Assembly: GCA_903889905.1 (NCBI GenBank)
Contig: CAISZI010000040.1
Coordinates: 148 to 64,147 of the forward strand
Source of the DNA: Candidatus Wirthbacteria bacterium
Lineage (GTDB): Bacteria > Patescibacteriota > CG2-30-54-11
Reading direction: 5' to 3'
DNA length: 64,000 bases
Numbering within the stretch: the first letter of the stretch is position 1; every line of letters begins with the position of its first letter. The notes under the pieces were generated by a model, which worked only from the letters and a program-made list of their open reading frames with translations, was not told where the DNA came from and searched no databases. Position numbers and translations under genes: made by a program. Below are positions 48,049-58,399 of the stretch, one piece after another.

Positions 48049-50223
48049 TTAGTATTTGCGTTCAACCGAGATCATCCCCGGCATGTGTTCGAGGCTGTGA
48101 ATGACATTGATCAGTTCCAGCAGGTCATAGACCCGCATCGAAATTTTACTGGTAAACACACCTTTGTCGGCGTCACTGTGGCCTTCCATGCTGGTGACGA
48201 ACAGCTGCTGGTCGGAAATGGTATTGATGACATCTTTGATCAAACCCGTATGATCGCGGGCTGTCAGCTGCAGTGTCACTTCGTAGGCTTCTTTCTGGTC
48301 CTGTTCCCAGGAAAGGGGAATGACGCGTTCAGGCTCGGCACGCCGTTCCTTGATAATGTTTTTGCAATTGAGGCGGTGCACGGTAATGCCCTTGCCGCGG
48401 CTGATATAACCGACAATCTTGTCACCCGGAATGGGCTGGCAACAGGGTGCCATTTTGACGAGCAGGTCGCCAGTACCAAGAATTTTGGCCAGGGGTTTTA
48501 GCTGACGCAGCTGGTCTGTCTTGCGTACCGCATGTGGCACTTGCGTCGAGGGCGACAGCAAGGGATGGTCCTTGACCAGCTTTCCCAGGATCTGGCTGAC
48601 ATTCAGGGCGCCGTAGCCAAGCGCCGCAAATAAGTCTTCGGCATTGGGATAGTTGAGATCTTTGGCAATGTGTTCCCAGGAATTTTTGGTAATGTCTTCA
48701 AATTTGGTGCGGTTGATTTTGTGCAGTTCAGCTTGCAGGCGTTTTTTGCCGGACTGCACATTGTCGTTGTGCTGCTGGCGCTTGAACCACGCGCGGATGC
48801 GGCCGCGTGCGACATTGGTTTTGACAAATTCCAGCCAGTCACGACTGGGACCGCGTCTGTGGGTGGATTTGAGCACTTCGACAATGTCGCCGTTTTTGAG
48901 CTGGAAATTAAGCGGCACCATGCGGCTGTTGACCTTACCACCTAGGGCGTTGTTGCCGAGTTCAGTGTGAACGCGATAGGCGAAGTCCACGATCGTGGCG
49001 CCTTTGGGCAGGTCAATGACATCGCCACGTGGGGTAAAGACAAAGATCTGGTCTTCAAATAAATCGAGTTTGAGTGATTCGACGAAATCAAAAGCAGTGC
49101 GGAATTCTTTTTGCCAGTCGATCAACTGGTGGATCCAATCCATGCGATCCTGCACCGTGGCATCCAGTTCGGACATTTCTTCCTTATACCGCCAGTGCGC
49201 GGCCATGCCATATTCCGCGGTAAAATCCATTTCTTCCGTGCGCAACTGAATTTCCAGTTTGGTACCGTCATCACTGATCACGCCGGTGTGCAGTGACTGA
49301 TAACCATTGGATTTGGGGATGGCAATGTAGTCCTTGAATCGTCCCACAATGGGACGCCAGATGCGGTGCACCAATCCGAGCGCCTGGTAACAGTCTTTGA
49401 CATCATTCACGATCAGTCTTAGTCCAATCGAATCGAGCAAGTCCTCAATCGAGGCTTCCTTGTTTTTGACATAAACATTCATGTAAATGCTGTATAAATG
49501 TTTGGCGCGGCCCATGACTCGCGCTGTGATTTTGGCTTTGGCCAGTTCGTCCTGCAGGTGTTTGATATAAAGTTTCAGCTTGGCGTCGCGTTGGGATTTG
49601 GTAGCGCGCAGCTGTTTTTCGATCGTGTTGTACATCTTGGGTTGCATACAGCGGAACGACAGGTCTTCGAGTTGCCAACGGATATCGGCCATGCCGAGGC
49701 GATTGGCGAGTGGGGCATATATTTCCAGTGTTTCGGCGGCAATACCTTTTTGTTTGTTGCGCGGCAGCACACTAATCGTTTTCATGTTGTGCAGACGGTC
49801 ACAGAGTTTGATGATAATGACGCGCACGTCTTCAGCCATGGCCAAGAACATTTTGCGCAGGTTGCGTGCCTGCTGTTCTTCCTTGTTCCTGAGGCGCACG
49901 CGGCCGAGTTTGGTAACGCCGTCCACCAGCTGGGCGACTTCGGCACCAAATTTGGTTTTGATTTGCTCCAGGGTGACCGGGGTGTCTTCGGGAACGTCAT
50001 GCAGCAGGCCGGCGATCAGACAAGTTGCATCCATGCGCATCCCGGCCAGCTCTTTGGTCGTTTCCAGCGCGTGTTCGACATAGGGTTCACCACTTTTGCG
50101 GAGCTGTCCTTCATGCGCAACCATGGCAAAAGCGAGCGCCTCGAGCACTTTGGTCTGGTCGTCGAGGGTGAGATAGGCGATCAGTTTGATCAGTTGGTCA
50201 TGGTATTGCGGAGTATTGGCCAT
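48049..50223 (-). CDS. rel: Bifunctional (p)ppGpp synthetase/hydrolase Rel
   Basis: LLHDVPED, DRLHN, YQSLHT, EIQLRT, TGS domain, CC and ACT domain. Confidence 0.96.
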   Translation of the reverse strand: MANTPQYHDQLIKLIAYLTLDDQTKVLEALAFAMVAHEGQLRKSGEPYVEHALETTKELAGMRMDATCLIAGLLHDVPEDTPVTLEQIKTKFGAEVAQLVDGVTKLGRVRLRNKEEQQARNLRKMFLAMAEDVRVIIIKLCDRLHNMKTISVLPRNKQKGIAAETLEIYAPLANRLGMADIRWQLEDLSFRCMQPKMYNTIEKQLRATKSQRDAKLKLYIKHLQDELAKAKITARVMGRAKHLYSIYMNVYVKNKEASIEDLLDSIGLRLIVNDVKDCYQALGLVHRIWRPIVGRFKDYIAIPKSNGYQSLHTGVISDDGTKLEIQLRTEEMDFTAEYGMAAHWRYKEEMSELDATVQDRMDWIHQLIDWQKEFRTAFDFVESLKLDLFEDQIFVFTPRGDVIDLPKGATIVDFAYRVHTELGNNALGGKVNSRMVPLNFQLKNGDIVEVLKSTHRRGPSRDWLEFVKTNVARGRIRAWFKRQQHNDNVQSGKKRLQAELHKINRTKFEDITKNSWEHIAKDLNYPNAEDLFAALGYGALNVSQILGKLVKDHPLLSPSTQVPHAVRKTDQLRQLKPLAKILGTGDLLVKMAPCCQPIPGDKIVGYISRGKGITVHRLNCKNIIKERRAEPERVIPLSWEQDQKEAYEVTLQLTARDHTGLIKDVINTISDQQLFVTSMEGHSDADKGVFTSKISMRVYDLLELINVIHSLEHMPGMISVERKY

Positions 50224-50318
50224 AGGGAATGTTTTGGGTGAGGATTGGTTTTCGGTGTAAATCAGTTTAGCACATTTGGGCCAGATTTTGTTTATTTTTT
50301 GGGTAATAACTTAGGTTT

Positions 50319-50501
50319 TTGCAAAGGAATCATGCTTTTTCGACTGAATCCCCAAGTCAAAGCAATAGCCTCCTGGTGGCGTCGCTCGATCAGAATTTCA
50401 TGAACCGTACATTTGATCCAGTTTGCGTTAGTCACTAGGTTGCCCAACTGAGCAGCGGCGCCAAAACCAGGCAGGGGATGATTCGAGATTGCTATTTGCA
50501 A
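50319..50501 (+). ncRNA. Candidate structured RNA (~180 nt), identity and strand uncertain
   Basis: Nested complementary segments TTGCAAA/TTTGCAA, TTTCGA/TCGAGA, ATCCCC/GGGGAT, CCTGGT/ACCAGG and GGCGTCGCT/AGCGGCGCC. Confidence 0.4.
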
Positions 50502-50542
50502 CACGGACTGGAGCGGATGAAACTGAACGCAACTTCGCCAGC

Positions 50543-52111
50543 TCACTCGCCCAGAGGCCGGGCAGTAATTGCCGGCACGGCTTGCTGCTCAAAAATCACG
50601 GCGACACTATCCTGGTAAACAATTCTATACTGGGTGTTTTGGCGTAAACCACTATCCAAAATGCTGTTTTTTTTGACGAGCAGTGTGCTGATGTGATTTT
50701 GGGCCAGAATGCCGGTCCACTTGGCACTGAGCCAGTTGATGTCATAGTACTCGGCGAGAATGTGACGTGCCGCTGTTTGCCAGCTGGCCATGCGGCCGTC
50801 AATGTAAACTTTGGTTTGCGGCAAGTACCAAGTCAGATAACCACCCCAGCCGTATTCGTTGAACAGGTTTTGCGCTGGTGGATGTGCTTGCAGGTAATTA
50901 ACCGCGTCCACCGGATAGTCGGCCTGGCGAGCCAGGGATTGCTCGTGCAGCGTCTGGTCTGTAAACTGCCAGATTTGGTTGCCGGCCAGAGCCAGACAGC
51001 CAAGCACGATCAGCAGGTTGAATAACGTCGAGGCCAGCAGATGCCAATTGGGTTTAAAAAACTTATCCGCTGTGCGCAAAAACAGGTGTACCTGTGGTGT
51101 CATGGCATAAACAGCAGTCATTAACCATGGCAATAAAAACAACACCAGCAGAGGAGTGTGGCGGATTGAACTGAAACCCAGGTACAGAAACAGTGGCAGG
51201 AAAAATACGTGAAAAAGTGACAGGGGCTTTTTGAGCCAAACCAGCAGCCAGAGGCTGATCAGGACAAATCCACCCATCAGCAACCCCGACATGGTTTGAA
51301 AATTAACTGACAGCCACTCGTTGATGTGACCACGGGCGAACTGGTCGAAACTGGTGCGAAAGGCTTCGGTATAAATCTGATAGGTGTTAGGATTGAGCAG
51401 CGTGGCAGCCACAGAAATCAATGCTACCAGCGCAAGATGCTTGATTTGGCGAAGTGTTTCAGCCTTGTCCTGTGGATGAAATGGATCCTGGCCGGGGCGG
51501 ATCAGGTTGACCGCCAGATAAAGCAATGCCAGCATAAACATGCCCAGTTCAATCACAAATCCACCGTGTAAATTGGCCCAAACCAGCATAAGCGGTGGTA
51601 AAATCCAGAGCTGTTTACGCGAGCCAAGGAAAAATTGCCAGAGTAGATAATTACAGACAGCAAACCCCAGCAGCGTGATCACCTGTGGCCGGGTGCCAAT
51701 GATCGGAGTACAGATAACTGCAGCGATAAGTGTCCAGATGAGGGTAAGCAGCCGCAGTTGCTGGCGGCTGAATGTCTCGAGTAGTCCCAGGTGTCGCGCC
51801 ATCAGGTTTCCGGTTTTGGCGGTAAAGCCAAAGACCATCAGCCCGAGTGCAGCAAATACCAGACCCAGCCCGAAGTATCCACTATAGTGTTGTACCACAT
51901 ACATGATGATGTTGGTGAGCCACTCGTGGTCCACCCAGGGGTAGCCGGTCATGCTCCATGAGTATTGGTCGAGAAAGGATGCGTGGCCGTGAAGGATGTC
52001 CTTGCCAACACGCAAATGCCACCACATGTCAGGATCATTGGGAATCCGCAGCAGTACGGCTACGAACAGGCCAAAGAGGATGAGTGGCAGTAAATTGATT
52101 TTTTTAAACAT
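50543..52111 (-). CDS. Polytopic membrane protein, GT-C glycosyltransferase-like
   Basis: DPDMWWHLRVG, HEWL, WANLHGGF, WGGYL and IDGR; many TM segments. Confidence 0.75.
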   Translation of the reverse strand: MFKKINLLPLILFGLFVAVLLRIPNDPDMWWHLRVGKDILHGHASFLDQYSWSMTGYPWVDHEWLTNIIMYVVQHYSGYFGLGLVFAALGLMVFGFTAKTGNLMARHLGLLETFSRQQLRLLTLIWTLIAAVICTPIIGTRPQVITLLGFAVCNYLLWQFFLGSRKQLWILPPLMLVWANLHGGFVIELGMFMLALLYLAVNLIRPGQDPFHPQDKAETLRQIKHLALVALISVAATLLNPNTYQIYTEAFRTSFDQFARGHINEWLSVNFQTMSGLLMGGFVLISLWLLVWLKKPLSLFHVFFLPLFLYLGFSSIRHTPLLVLFLLPWLMTAVYAMTPQVHLFLRTADKFFKPNWHLLASTLFNLLIVLGCLALAGNQIWQFTDQTLHEQSLARQADYPVDAVNYLQAHPPAQNLFNEYGWGGYLTWYLPQTKVYIDGRMASWQTAARHILAEYYDINWLSAKWTGILAQNHISTLLVKKNSILDSGLRQNTQYRIVYQDSVAVIFEQQAVPAITARPLGE

Positions 52112-52113
52112 GT

Positions 52114-53787
52114 TTAACGAATATCCTTGAGCAAGAGCTGGAGCGATTTCAATCCTTCCCAGGTATTTTCTTCCACTGTGAAGGCCAGGTCGTGGGCTGG
52201 CTGGTGGCTGAGGGTGTCGAATTTTTCCGCCATGCCAAAGCCGACCACATCAATTTTGGATCGTGCATTGAGTTGGCTTTTGAAATGGTTACGTTTCTGG
52301 CCCATGGTGCGGCGATTGAGCAAATTTGCCTCAAACAAGGCAAACACGGGTTTGGGGTTGAGGTGGCCAAAGGGCGCCAGTCGATTGACGATATTAAGCA
52401 GATCGTAGCTGATCTCGGCAGTGGTCAGGTGCCCCGCAATTTGCAGCTCGGGGATGAGGTCCGCGGCGGCCAGGGTTCGATTGGCGTAGTCAATAAACTG
52501 CTGGGTGAACTCAGGCAGCTGTGCGGAATTTAGTTCAAAACCAGCCGCCTGAGCGTGCCCGCCAAATTTGCTCAAATATTGTTGATGCTCGCGTAAAGCA
52601 TCGGTGACATGAAAACTGGCAATGGAGCGCGCAGACCCGCGGCTAATATCACCTTCCTGGCTGATTACCAGCACGGGTTTGTGGTACTGCTCACATAGTT
52701 TTCCCGCAATCAACCCAACAATGCCGGGATGCCAGCTGCAGCCGGTGATGACGAGAGCTTTATGCTTTGGATCATGCGCCATGGCCTGTGTCTGGGCTTC
52801 AGCGACCAGCGTCTCGGTAAGTTTCTGTCGCTCGACATTGAGATTCTGCAGGTTAGCCGCGAGTGTCTGCGCCTGCATTGGATCATCGCACAACATCAGT
52901 TCCAGTGCTTCGTGGGCGTGGCGCATACGGCCTGCTGCATTGATCCGTGGTGCCAACTGGAAAGCAATCTGAAAGGTGTCAATTTTCGTGATGTCAATGT
53001 TGGCGACCTCAGCCAGCGCGATAAGACCGGGGCGTTTGCTCTGGTGCAGGGTTTTGAGGCCCAGCGTGACGAGTGTCCGATTTTCACCCAGAAGTTCGAC
53101 GATGTCTGCCACCGTCGCAATGGCGACCAGGTCGAGCGGATGATGCTTGGCGCGAATGCCCAGTTGTGCTTTGAGGGCTTGTAAAAGTTTAAAAACAACA
53201 CCAGCGCCACAAAGGTTTTTGTACGGATATTGATCGTCTGCTTGGTGGGGATTGATCAGGGCATCGGCCGGTGGCAGAATTTCCGGTACCTGGTGGTGGT
53301 CAATGACAATGACAGTTAGCCCGAGTTTTTTTGCGAGTTCAATTTCACGTACATTGGACGTGCCGCAGTCAACGGTGATCAGCAACTTTGTGCCGGCGCG
53401 GGACAGTTTTTCGACAGCGGCTTGATTCAGGCCATAGCCTTCGGCGCGAATCGGCAGGTAGTAATTCAGTTTGTCGGTCACGGACTGCAGTGTCTGGTAC
53501 AAAATAGTGGTGCTGCAAACGCCATCCACGTCATAGTCACCAAAAATGGTGATTTGGTCTTTGGCGGTAAGCGCTGCCTGAATCAGCTCAACTGCTTTGC
53601 CAATGTCTTTGAGCTGAGTAGCTGCATGAAAATGGGCAGGCGTGGGATTTAAGAATTCTTCAATTTTGGCTGGTGTGTCAATCTGGCGCTGCTGCAGTAA
53701 ATGTCCGAGAAGCTTGGGAAAGTCCAGGTAAATGGGGGGCAGATCGGACTCATTTTGGTCACTGATAATCCATTTTTTGCTGGTCAT
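52114..53787 (-). CDS. recJ: Single-stranded DNA exonuclease RecJ
   Basis: GDYDVDG, TVDCG, DHH, PRINAAGR and FGGHAQAAG. Confidence 0.96.
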   Translation of the reverse strand: MTSKKWIISDQNESDLPPIYLDFPKLLGHLLQQRQIDTPAKIEEFLNPTPAHFHAATQLKDIGKAVELIQAALTAKDQITIFGDYDVDGVCSTTILYQTLQSVTDKLNYYLPIRAEGYGLNQAAVEKLSRAGTKLLITVDCGTSNVREIELAKKLGLTVIVIDHHQVPEILPPADALINPHQADDQYPYKNLCGAGVVFKLLQALKAQLGIRAKHHPLDLVAIATVADIVELLGENRTLVTLGLKTLHQSKRPGLIALAEVANIDITKIDTFQIAFQLAPRINAAGRMRHAHEALELMLCDDPMQAQTLAANLQNLNVERQKLTETLVAEAQTQAMAHDPKHKALVITGCSWHPGIVGLIAGKLCEQYHKPVLVISQEGDISRGSARSIASFHVTDALREHQQYLSKFGGHAQAAGFELNSAQLPEFTQQFIDYANRTLAAADLIPELQIAGHLTTAEISYDLLNIVNRLAPFGHLNPKPVFALFEANLLNRRTMGQKRNHFKSQLNARSKIDVVGFGMAEKFDTLSHQPAHDLAFTVEENTWEGLKSLQLLLKDIR

Positions 53788-53882
53788 GCAATCCTTTGTG
53801 TTGAATCACGATGGTAAATATTTGGCAAAGCTAAAAACAGGATGCTATAATCGGCCTGTTATCCTATTGCTGGAGAAAGACC

Positions 53883-54332
53883 ATGCTGGTAAAAGACATC
53901 ATGACCAAAAAGGTCATTTCCGTAACTCCCGAAGCGACTGTGACTGAAATTGCGCAAAAACTGATTGATCATGGCATCAAAGGCATTCCCGTGGTCGAAG
54001 CTGGCATTGTCGTCGGCATCATCACTGAATGCGACATGATTTTGCAAAATGCCCGGTTGCATCTGCCGACTTTTATCCAGATCCTCGATGGCATCATCCC
54101 GATTGGCGAGCGTAATACCGAAGAAGAGCTTCGCCGTATTTATGGTGTACATGCCGCCGATATCATGAGCCGGCCGCCCATCACCGCTTCGCCTGACATG
54201 CCCGTTGAAGAACTCGCGACACTGATGTGGGAAAAGAAAATCAATCCCGTGCCCGTGGTCAGCGAAGACAAGCTGGTGGGCATCGTAAGCCGCGCCGATA
54301 TAATACGGCTTTTGCTCAAAAACGCCAAATAG
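53883..54332 (+). CDS. CBS domain pair protein
   Basis: VKDIMT...IPVV...VGIIT and ADIMS...VPVV...VGIVSRADI. Confidence 0.9.
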   Translation: MLVKDIMTKKVISVTPEATVTEIAQKLIDHGIKGIPVVEAGIVVGIITECDMILQNARLHLPTFIQILDGIIPIGERNTEEELRRIYGVHAADIMSRPPITASPDMPVEELATLMWEKKINPVPVVSEDKLVGIVSRADIIRLLLKNAK

Positions 54333-54367
54333 ATCCGGCGAATTCGAATAACCAAATTTTAATAACC

Positions 54368-54406
54368 AAACCAAAAAGAGAGGCACATGGCCTCTCTTTT
54401 TGGTTT
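54368..54406. terminator. Bidirectional terminator
   Basis: 17-bp stem AAACCAAAAAGAGAGGC/GCCTCTCTTTTTGGTTT between convergent genes. Confidence 0.85.
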
Positions 54407-54417
54407 ATCTTCGCATC

Positions 54418-54488
54418 GTAGGGCAGGGCTCGCCCCTGCCCTCTGCTTATCGGATTGCCGAGAAGGCGGGGGCAAGCCCCGCCCCTAC
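54418..54488. repeat. GTAG-type REP doublet (REPIN-like)
   Basis: GTAG-GGCAGGGCTCGCCCCTGCCC ... GGCGGGGGCAAGCCCCGCCC-CTAC in inverted orientation. Confidence 0.8.
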
Positions 54489-54510
54489 GAGAATTGGATT
54501 GTCAACAATT

Positions 54511-55809
54511 CTACGGATATTTGCGATTCAGCAGCCGTGGAAACGGTGTGGTTTCGCGCACGTGCGGCAGGTTGCAGATCCAGGCGACGATGCGTTCAAG
54601 GCCGAGACCAAAGCCGCTGTGCGGCACGGAACCATATTGACGCAAATCCAGGTACCATTTAAAGGCATCCATCGGCAGCTGATGCCGCTCGATCGACGCT
54701 TTAAGCTTGTCAAAGTCGTGTTCGCGCTGGCTGCCGCCGATGATTTCACCATAACCTTCGGGCGCAAGCAGGTCATTGCCCATCACAACTTTTTCATTGT
54801 TGGGATCGCGCAGCATGTAAAAGGCTTTGATCGCGGCCGGGAATTTTTCGACAAACAGCGGTTTGACATGAGCCTGCATCAGCATGGTCTCGTCGTCGTT
54901 GCCAAAGTCCGTACCCCACTGAATGTCGGAGCCGAGCTTCTGAAGTTCCAGGATGGCTGCGTCGTAGGTGAGGTGGTCAAACGGTGCCTGGACTTTGAGC
55001 AGGGGAGAGATGTCGCGTTCGAGGATGGTCAGTTCATGGGTACGATGCTGGAGCACTCGGGCGACGAGGTAGCAGACCATGCGTTCCTGGATCTGCATGT
55101 TTTCGGCGTGGTCGACAAAAGCGGCTTCGGCGTCGGTCATCCAGAATTCGATCAGATGGCGGCGGGTTTTGGATTTCTCGGCGCGGAACACGGGTTGGAA
55201 ATCGTAGACTTTACCCAGACTCATGATACCGGCTTCCAGGTAGAGTTGGCCGCTCTGGCTGAGGTAAGCCGGTTCGCCGAAGTAGTCGATCGCAAATAGT
55301 GTGGTGGTGCCTTCGCAGGCATTGGGGGTGATTTCCGGGCAATCGAGTTTGATAAAACCTTCCTCGGCATAAAAATCCTGAATCCCACGTTCGAGTTCGT
55401 CACGGATGCGCAAAATTGCCCACTGGCGTTCACTGCGCAGCCACAGGTGGCGGTTGTCGAGCAGGAAGTCGACGCCATGTTCTTTTTTGCCAATCGGGAA
55501 GTCTTCGCTGGCGACAGCAATGACCTGGGCATTTTTGAGTGTAAGCTCAACGCCGCTGTGTGAACGTTTATCTTCGCATACGACGCCCTGAACCGTCAGT
55601 GAACTTTCCAGCGTCAACGCGTCCAGTTCTTCAAACAGTTTGTCATCGATTTCACTTTTGACAGCCACAGCCTGGACTGTGCCGGAACCGTCACGGATTT
55701 GCAGGAACTGGATTTTGCCGGAAGAGCGTTTGTTGAACATCCAGCCGCGGATTTCCACTTCCTGGCCGACAAATTGTTTGAGTTTAGCAATCGTGGTCGG
55801 TGCAGCCAT
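54511..55809 (-). CDS. asnS: Asparagine--tRNA ligase
   Basis: OB fold (RDGSG), LSQSGQLY, FRAEKS, EIIGGSQRE and PHSGFGLGLER. Confidence 0.95.
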   Translation of the reverse strand: MAAPTTIAKLKQFVGQEVEIRGWMFNKRSSGKIQFLQIRDGSGTVQAVAVKSEIDDKLFEELDALTLESSLTVQGVVCEDKRSHSGVELTLKNAQVIAVASEDFPIGKKEHGVDFLLDNRHLWLRSERQWAILRIRDELERGIQDFYAEEGFIKLDCPEITPNACEGTTTLFAIDYFGEPAYLSQSGQLYLEAGIMSLGKVYDFQPVFRAEKSKTRRHLIEFWMTDAEAAFVDHAENMQIQERMVCYLVARVLQHRTHELTILERDISPLLKVQAPFDHLTYDAAILELQKLGSDIQWGTDFGNDDETMLMQAHVKPLFVEKFPAAIKAFYMLRDPNNEKVVMGNDLLAPEGYGEIIGGSQREHDFDKLKASIERHQLPMDAFKWYLDLRQYGSVPHSGFGLGLERIVAWICNLPHVRETTPFPRLLNRKYP

Positions 55810-55830
55810 AGCTGTCCTTAGTTTAGAGGG

Positions 55831-57162
55831 TTAGCTGAGCAATTGCTTGGCTGATTCAATAAAATTCTCGGCTTTTTCAGCACTTAGTCCTTTGATTTTG
55901 GTGAGCTCGTCGAGTTGGGCCGAGGCAATATCGGAAAGCGAGTGGTAACCCGCTTCGTGAAGTTTTTCTACCATTTTGGGGCCGACGCCTTTGATCTGGC
56001 TGATGTGTGAAGCGTCGCTTTCGGCTTTGTCCGATTCCAGATTGTCGTTGACCTTTTTATCCACCAGAGCACGCAATTCATTGGCGTCCTCTTCCTGTTG
56101 GGCTGAAATCTGGTCTAGGATTTCCTTGGCTTCTTCGGGTGTTTTGACGTCCAAATGCCAGCCGACCAGCTTGGCGGCGAGCCGCACGTTCTGACCGTCT
56201 TTACCGATCGCCAGCGACAGTTGTGCTTCCGGTACAATCACAATGGCGCGGTCATGAGCTTTGTCGAGGATGACCTGGCTGATCTGGGCTGGTTTGAGCG
56301 AGTTGGCGATATACATGCCGGGATCGGCGTCGTAAGCGATAATGTCGATTTTTTCGGTGCCGAGTTCGTTCATGATCACCTGAATACGGGTGCCACGCTG
56401 ACCAACGCAGGAACCGACGGGATCGACGCCGTCCTGGCGAGCGGCGACGGAAATTTTGGTGCGACGGCCGGCTTCGCGGGCAATGCCTTTGATTTCGACG
56501 GTACCGGCATAAATTTCGGGAATTTCCATTTCAAACAAGCGGCGGATGAAGTCGCCATGTGCACGGGACAGGACGATTTGCGGTCCCTTGGTTGTTTGGG
56601 TCGTTTCCAGCAGCAGGGCACGGACGCGCTGGCCGGTGTAAAAATGTTCACCGGGAATCTGCTCGCTGCCTGGCAAAATGGCGTCAGCACGGCCCATGTT
56701 GATGATGACGTGGGTGCGTTCCACTTTGCGCACCTGGCCAGAGAGAATTTCGTTGACTTTGTCGGTGAATTCCTTGAAGACAATGTCGCGTTCCACTTCT
56801 TTGACGCGCTGCATCACGACCTGTTTGGCGGTCTGGGCGGCAATACGGCCAAAATCACCTGGGGTCACGTCCACCAGCACATCGGTGTCGAGCTGGGCAG
56901 CAGAGTCATAAGCCAATGCGATGATCAGCGGGATCTGTTCTTCTTCCATGTCTTCGGCAATTTCCATGACAACGGTTTTGAGTGCAAAAATGCGCATTTC
57001 GTCGGTTTCGGGACTGAAATTTACCTCGACACCACGGGCGTCGGCATGGTCTTTTTTGTAGGCTGACACCATGGCGGATTTGAGGATTTCAACGACACTT
57101 TCCTCGGGAATGCTTTTTTCGGCAGCAATTCGCTTAATTGCGAGGGATAATTCGCTTTGCAT
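55831..57162 (-). CDS. nusA: Transcription factor NusA with C-terminal HhH domain
   Basis: FGRIAAQTAKQ, S1 and KH domains (GSCVGQRG, AIGKDGQN). Confidence 0.97.
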   Translation of the reverse strand: MQSELSLAIKRIAAEKSIPEESVVEILKSAMVSAYKKDHADARGVEVNFSPETDEMRIFALKTVVMEIAEDMEEEQIPLIIALAYDSAAQLDTDVLVDVTPGDFGRIAAQTAKQVVMQRVKEVERDIVFKEFTDKVNEILSGQVRKVERTHVIINMGRADAILPGSEQIPGEHFYTGQRVRALLLETTQTTKGPQIVLSRAHGDFIRRLFEMEIPEIYAGTVEIKGIAREAGRRTKISVAARQDGVDPVGSCVGQRGTRIQVIMNELGTEKIDIIAYDADPGMYIANSLKPAQISQVILDKAHDRAIVIVPEAQLSLAIGKDGQNVRLAAKLVGWHLDVKTPEEAKEILDQISAQQEEDANELRALVDKKVNDNLESDKAESDASHISQIKGVGPKMVEKLHEAGYHSLSDIASAQLDELTKIKGLSAEKAENFIESAKQLLS

Positions 57163-57189
57163 GTTAGCTCCTTGCTAAAATAACGTATT

Positions 57190-57215
57190 AAAAAAGGTGG
57201 GGCCCGGCCTCACCT
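57190..57215 (-). promoter_or_regulatory. rimP/nusA leader-type terminator hairpin
   Basis: Minus strand reads AGGTGAGGCCGGGCCCCACCTTTTTT about 30 bp upstream of nusA. Confidence 0.65.
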
Positions 57216-57340
57216 GCTTACTAACCATTAAATGTGTTTGTATTTTATCAATTTGGGCCCAAAAAGCAAGTTTCGGGCAAATGAAAAATTGTGTTATAAT
57301 TAAATGATCAGTCCATGACTCAAACAAAAGGAACATAAGC

Positions 57341-58384
57341 ATGTTTCAACCAATAAATCTCAAAACCCGTATTCCACTCGTGTTTAGTCTGTCAGTGCTG
57401 ATGCTGGCAGCGACAATGTTTGTTACGCAAGTGTTTGCCAGTGCCAGTGTTCAATTCATTACACCTGCCTCTGGCTCCACGCTCAATGGTAAGACACAAA
57501 TTGAGGTAGCCTCGGCCGACGCCAGTTCAGTGTCCATTTATCTGACCCGGTCTGGCACCAGCAGTAATACGTTGCTCGGTCAAGCCCGTCGCGGCTCATC
57601 CGGCAACTGGATCCTGGAATGGGATATGAGTGCTGTTGCATCGGGTGAGGTCGAATTACAGGCCAAAGCACTAGATAGCCATAATAACGTTTTGCCTTCG
57701 GCTAGCGTCAATGTCAGCGTCATTGGTTTACCCAAAACAACGCCAGTTTCCGCACCGGTAACAAAACCCACCCCACCCGCACCAGTCACAGCAGCCATAA
57801 TTCCTTCAATCCCGTTGACGTTGAACCATACGAATTCATTGCAAGCCATTGCTTCCCCAGTATTGCACCAGATCACGCTTGCCCAAAGTTCTATCCCCAA
57901 TGCGGCAGCGTTACAATCCGTGCCGGTCAGCGATCATTTGTATCCCACGGGATTATCGATTGGACGTTTTGCACCGAGCGGTGGCGTCACAAGTTGGGAT
58001 TATGAAACAGCTATTGCGGGCCACGGACCAGCCAATGCCAAAGTCGAGCTGCATGTCTATAGTGAACCCATTGTTGTCAGCACAACGACCAATGCGCAGG
58101 GCGATTTCGTCTATCATTTTGATCAAAGCCTGCCTGCAGGTGATCATGAAATATATATTGCCGTTGCAGATTCTGCCGGACAATCAACAGAACGCAGCAA
58201 TATCTTTACTTTTGTTGTGGGTGCGGCGGTGGCTTCAGATTATCCCACCACAGCGCTCAATGCCGTGACCGACAATGATCAGATGCTGCTCTGGAATTAT
58301 GTTGCGGTGACGCTGGGGATAATTGCCGTCGTGGGTATTGGTTTCCTGCTTGCCAAGAAGTTACTGTTTAAATCTCCCAAATAA
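57341..58384 (+). CDS. Exported Ig-like (Big) domain protein with C-terminal membrane anchor
   Basis: Signal peptide, two beta-rich domains, Pro/Thr linker, C-terminal TM helix and basic tail. Confidence 0.75.
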   Translation: MFQPINLKTRIPLVFSLSVLMLAATMFVTQVFASASVQFITPASGSTLNGKTQIEVASADASSVSIYLTRSGTSSNTLLGQARRGSSGNWILEWDMSAVASGEVELQAKALDSHNNVLPSASVNVSVIGLPKTTPVSAPVTKPTPPAPVTAAIIPSIPLTLNHTNSLQAIASPVLHQITLAQSSIPNAAALQSVPVSDHLYPTGLSIGRFAPSGGVTSWDYETAIAGHGPANAKVELHVYSEPIVVSTTTNAQGDFVYHFDQSLPAGDHEIYIAVADSAGQSTERSNIFTFVVGAAVASDYPTTALNAVTDNDQMLLWNYVAVTLGIIAVVGIGFLLAKKLLFKSPK

Positions 58385-58399
58385 TTTTCGGTTAAAGCC

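Noticed and set aside
50319-50540. tRNA, tmRNA, SRP or RNase P RNA
   Set aside because: No T-loop/acceptor cloverleaf, no GGAAGGAAGCAG SRP loop and no GAGGAAAGTCC motif.
54400-55299. Long antisense ORFs (this one, 3832-4677, 5188-6144, 11598-12497, 29789-30862, 43791-44846, 56155-57066)
   Set aside because: They are shadows of well-supported genes on the opposite strand and have no motifs of their own.
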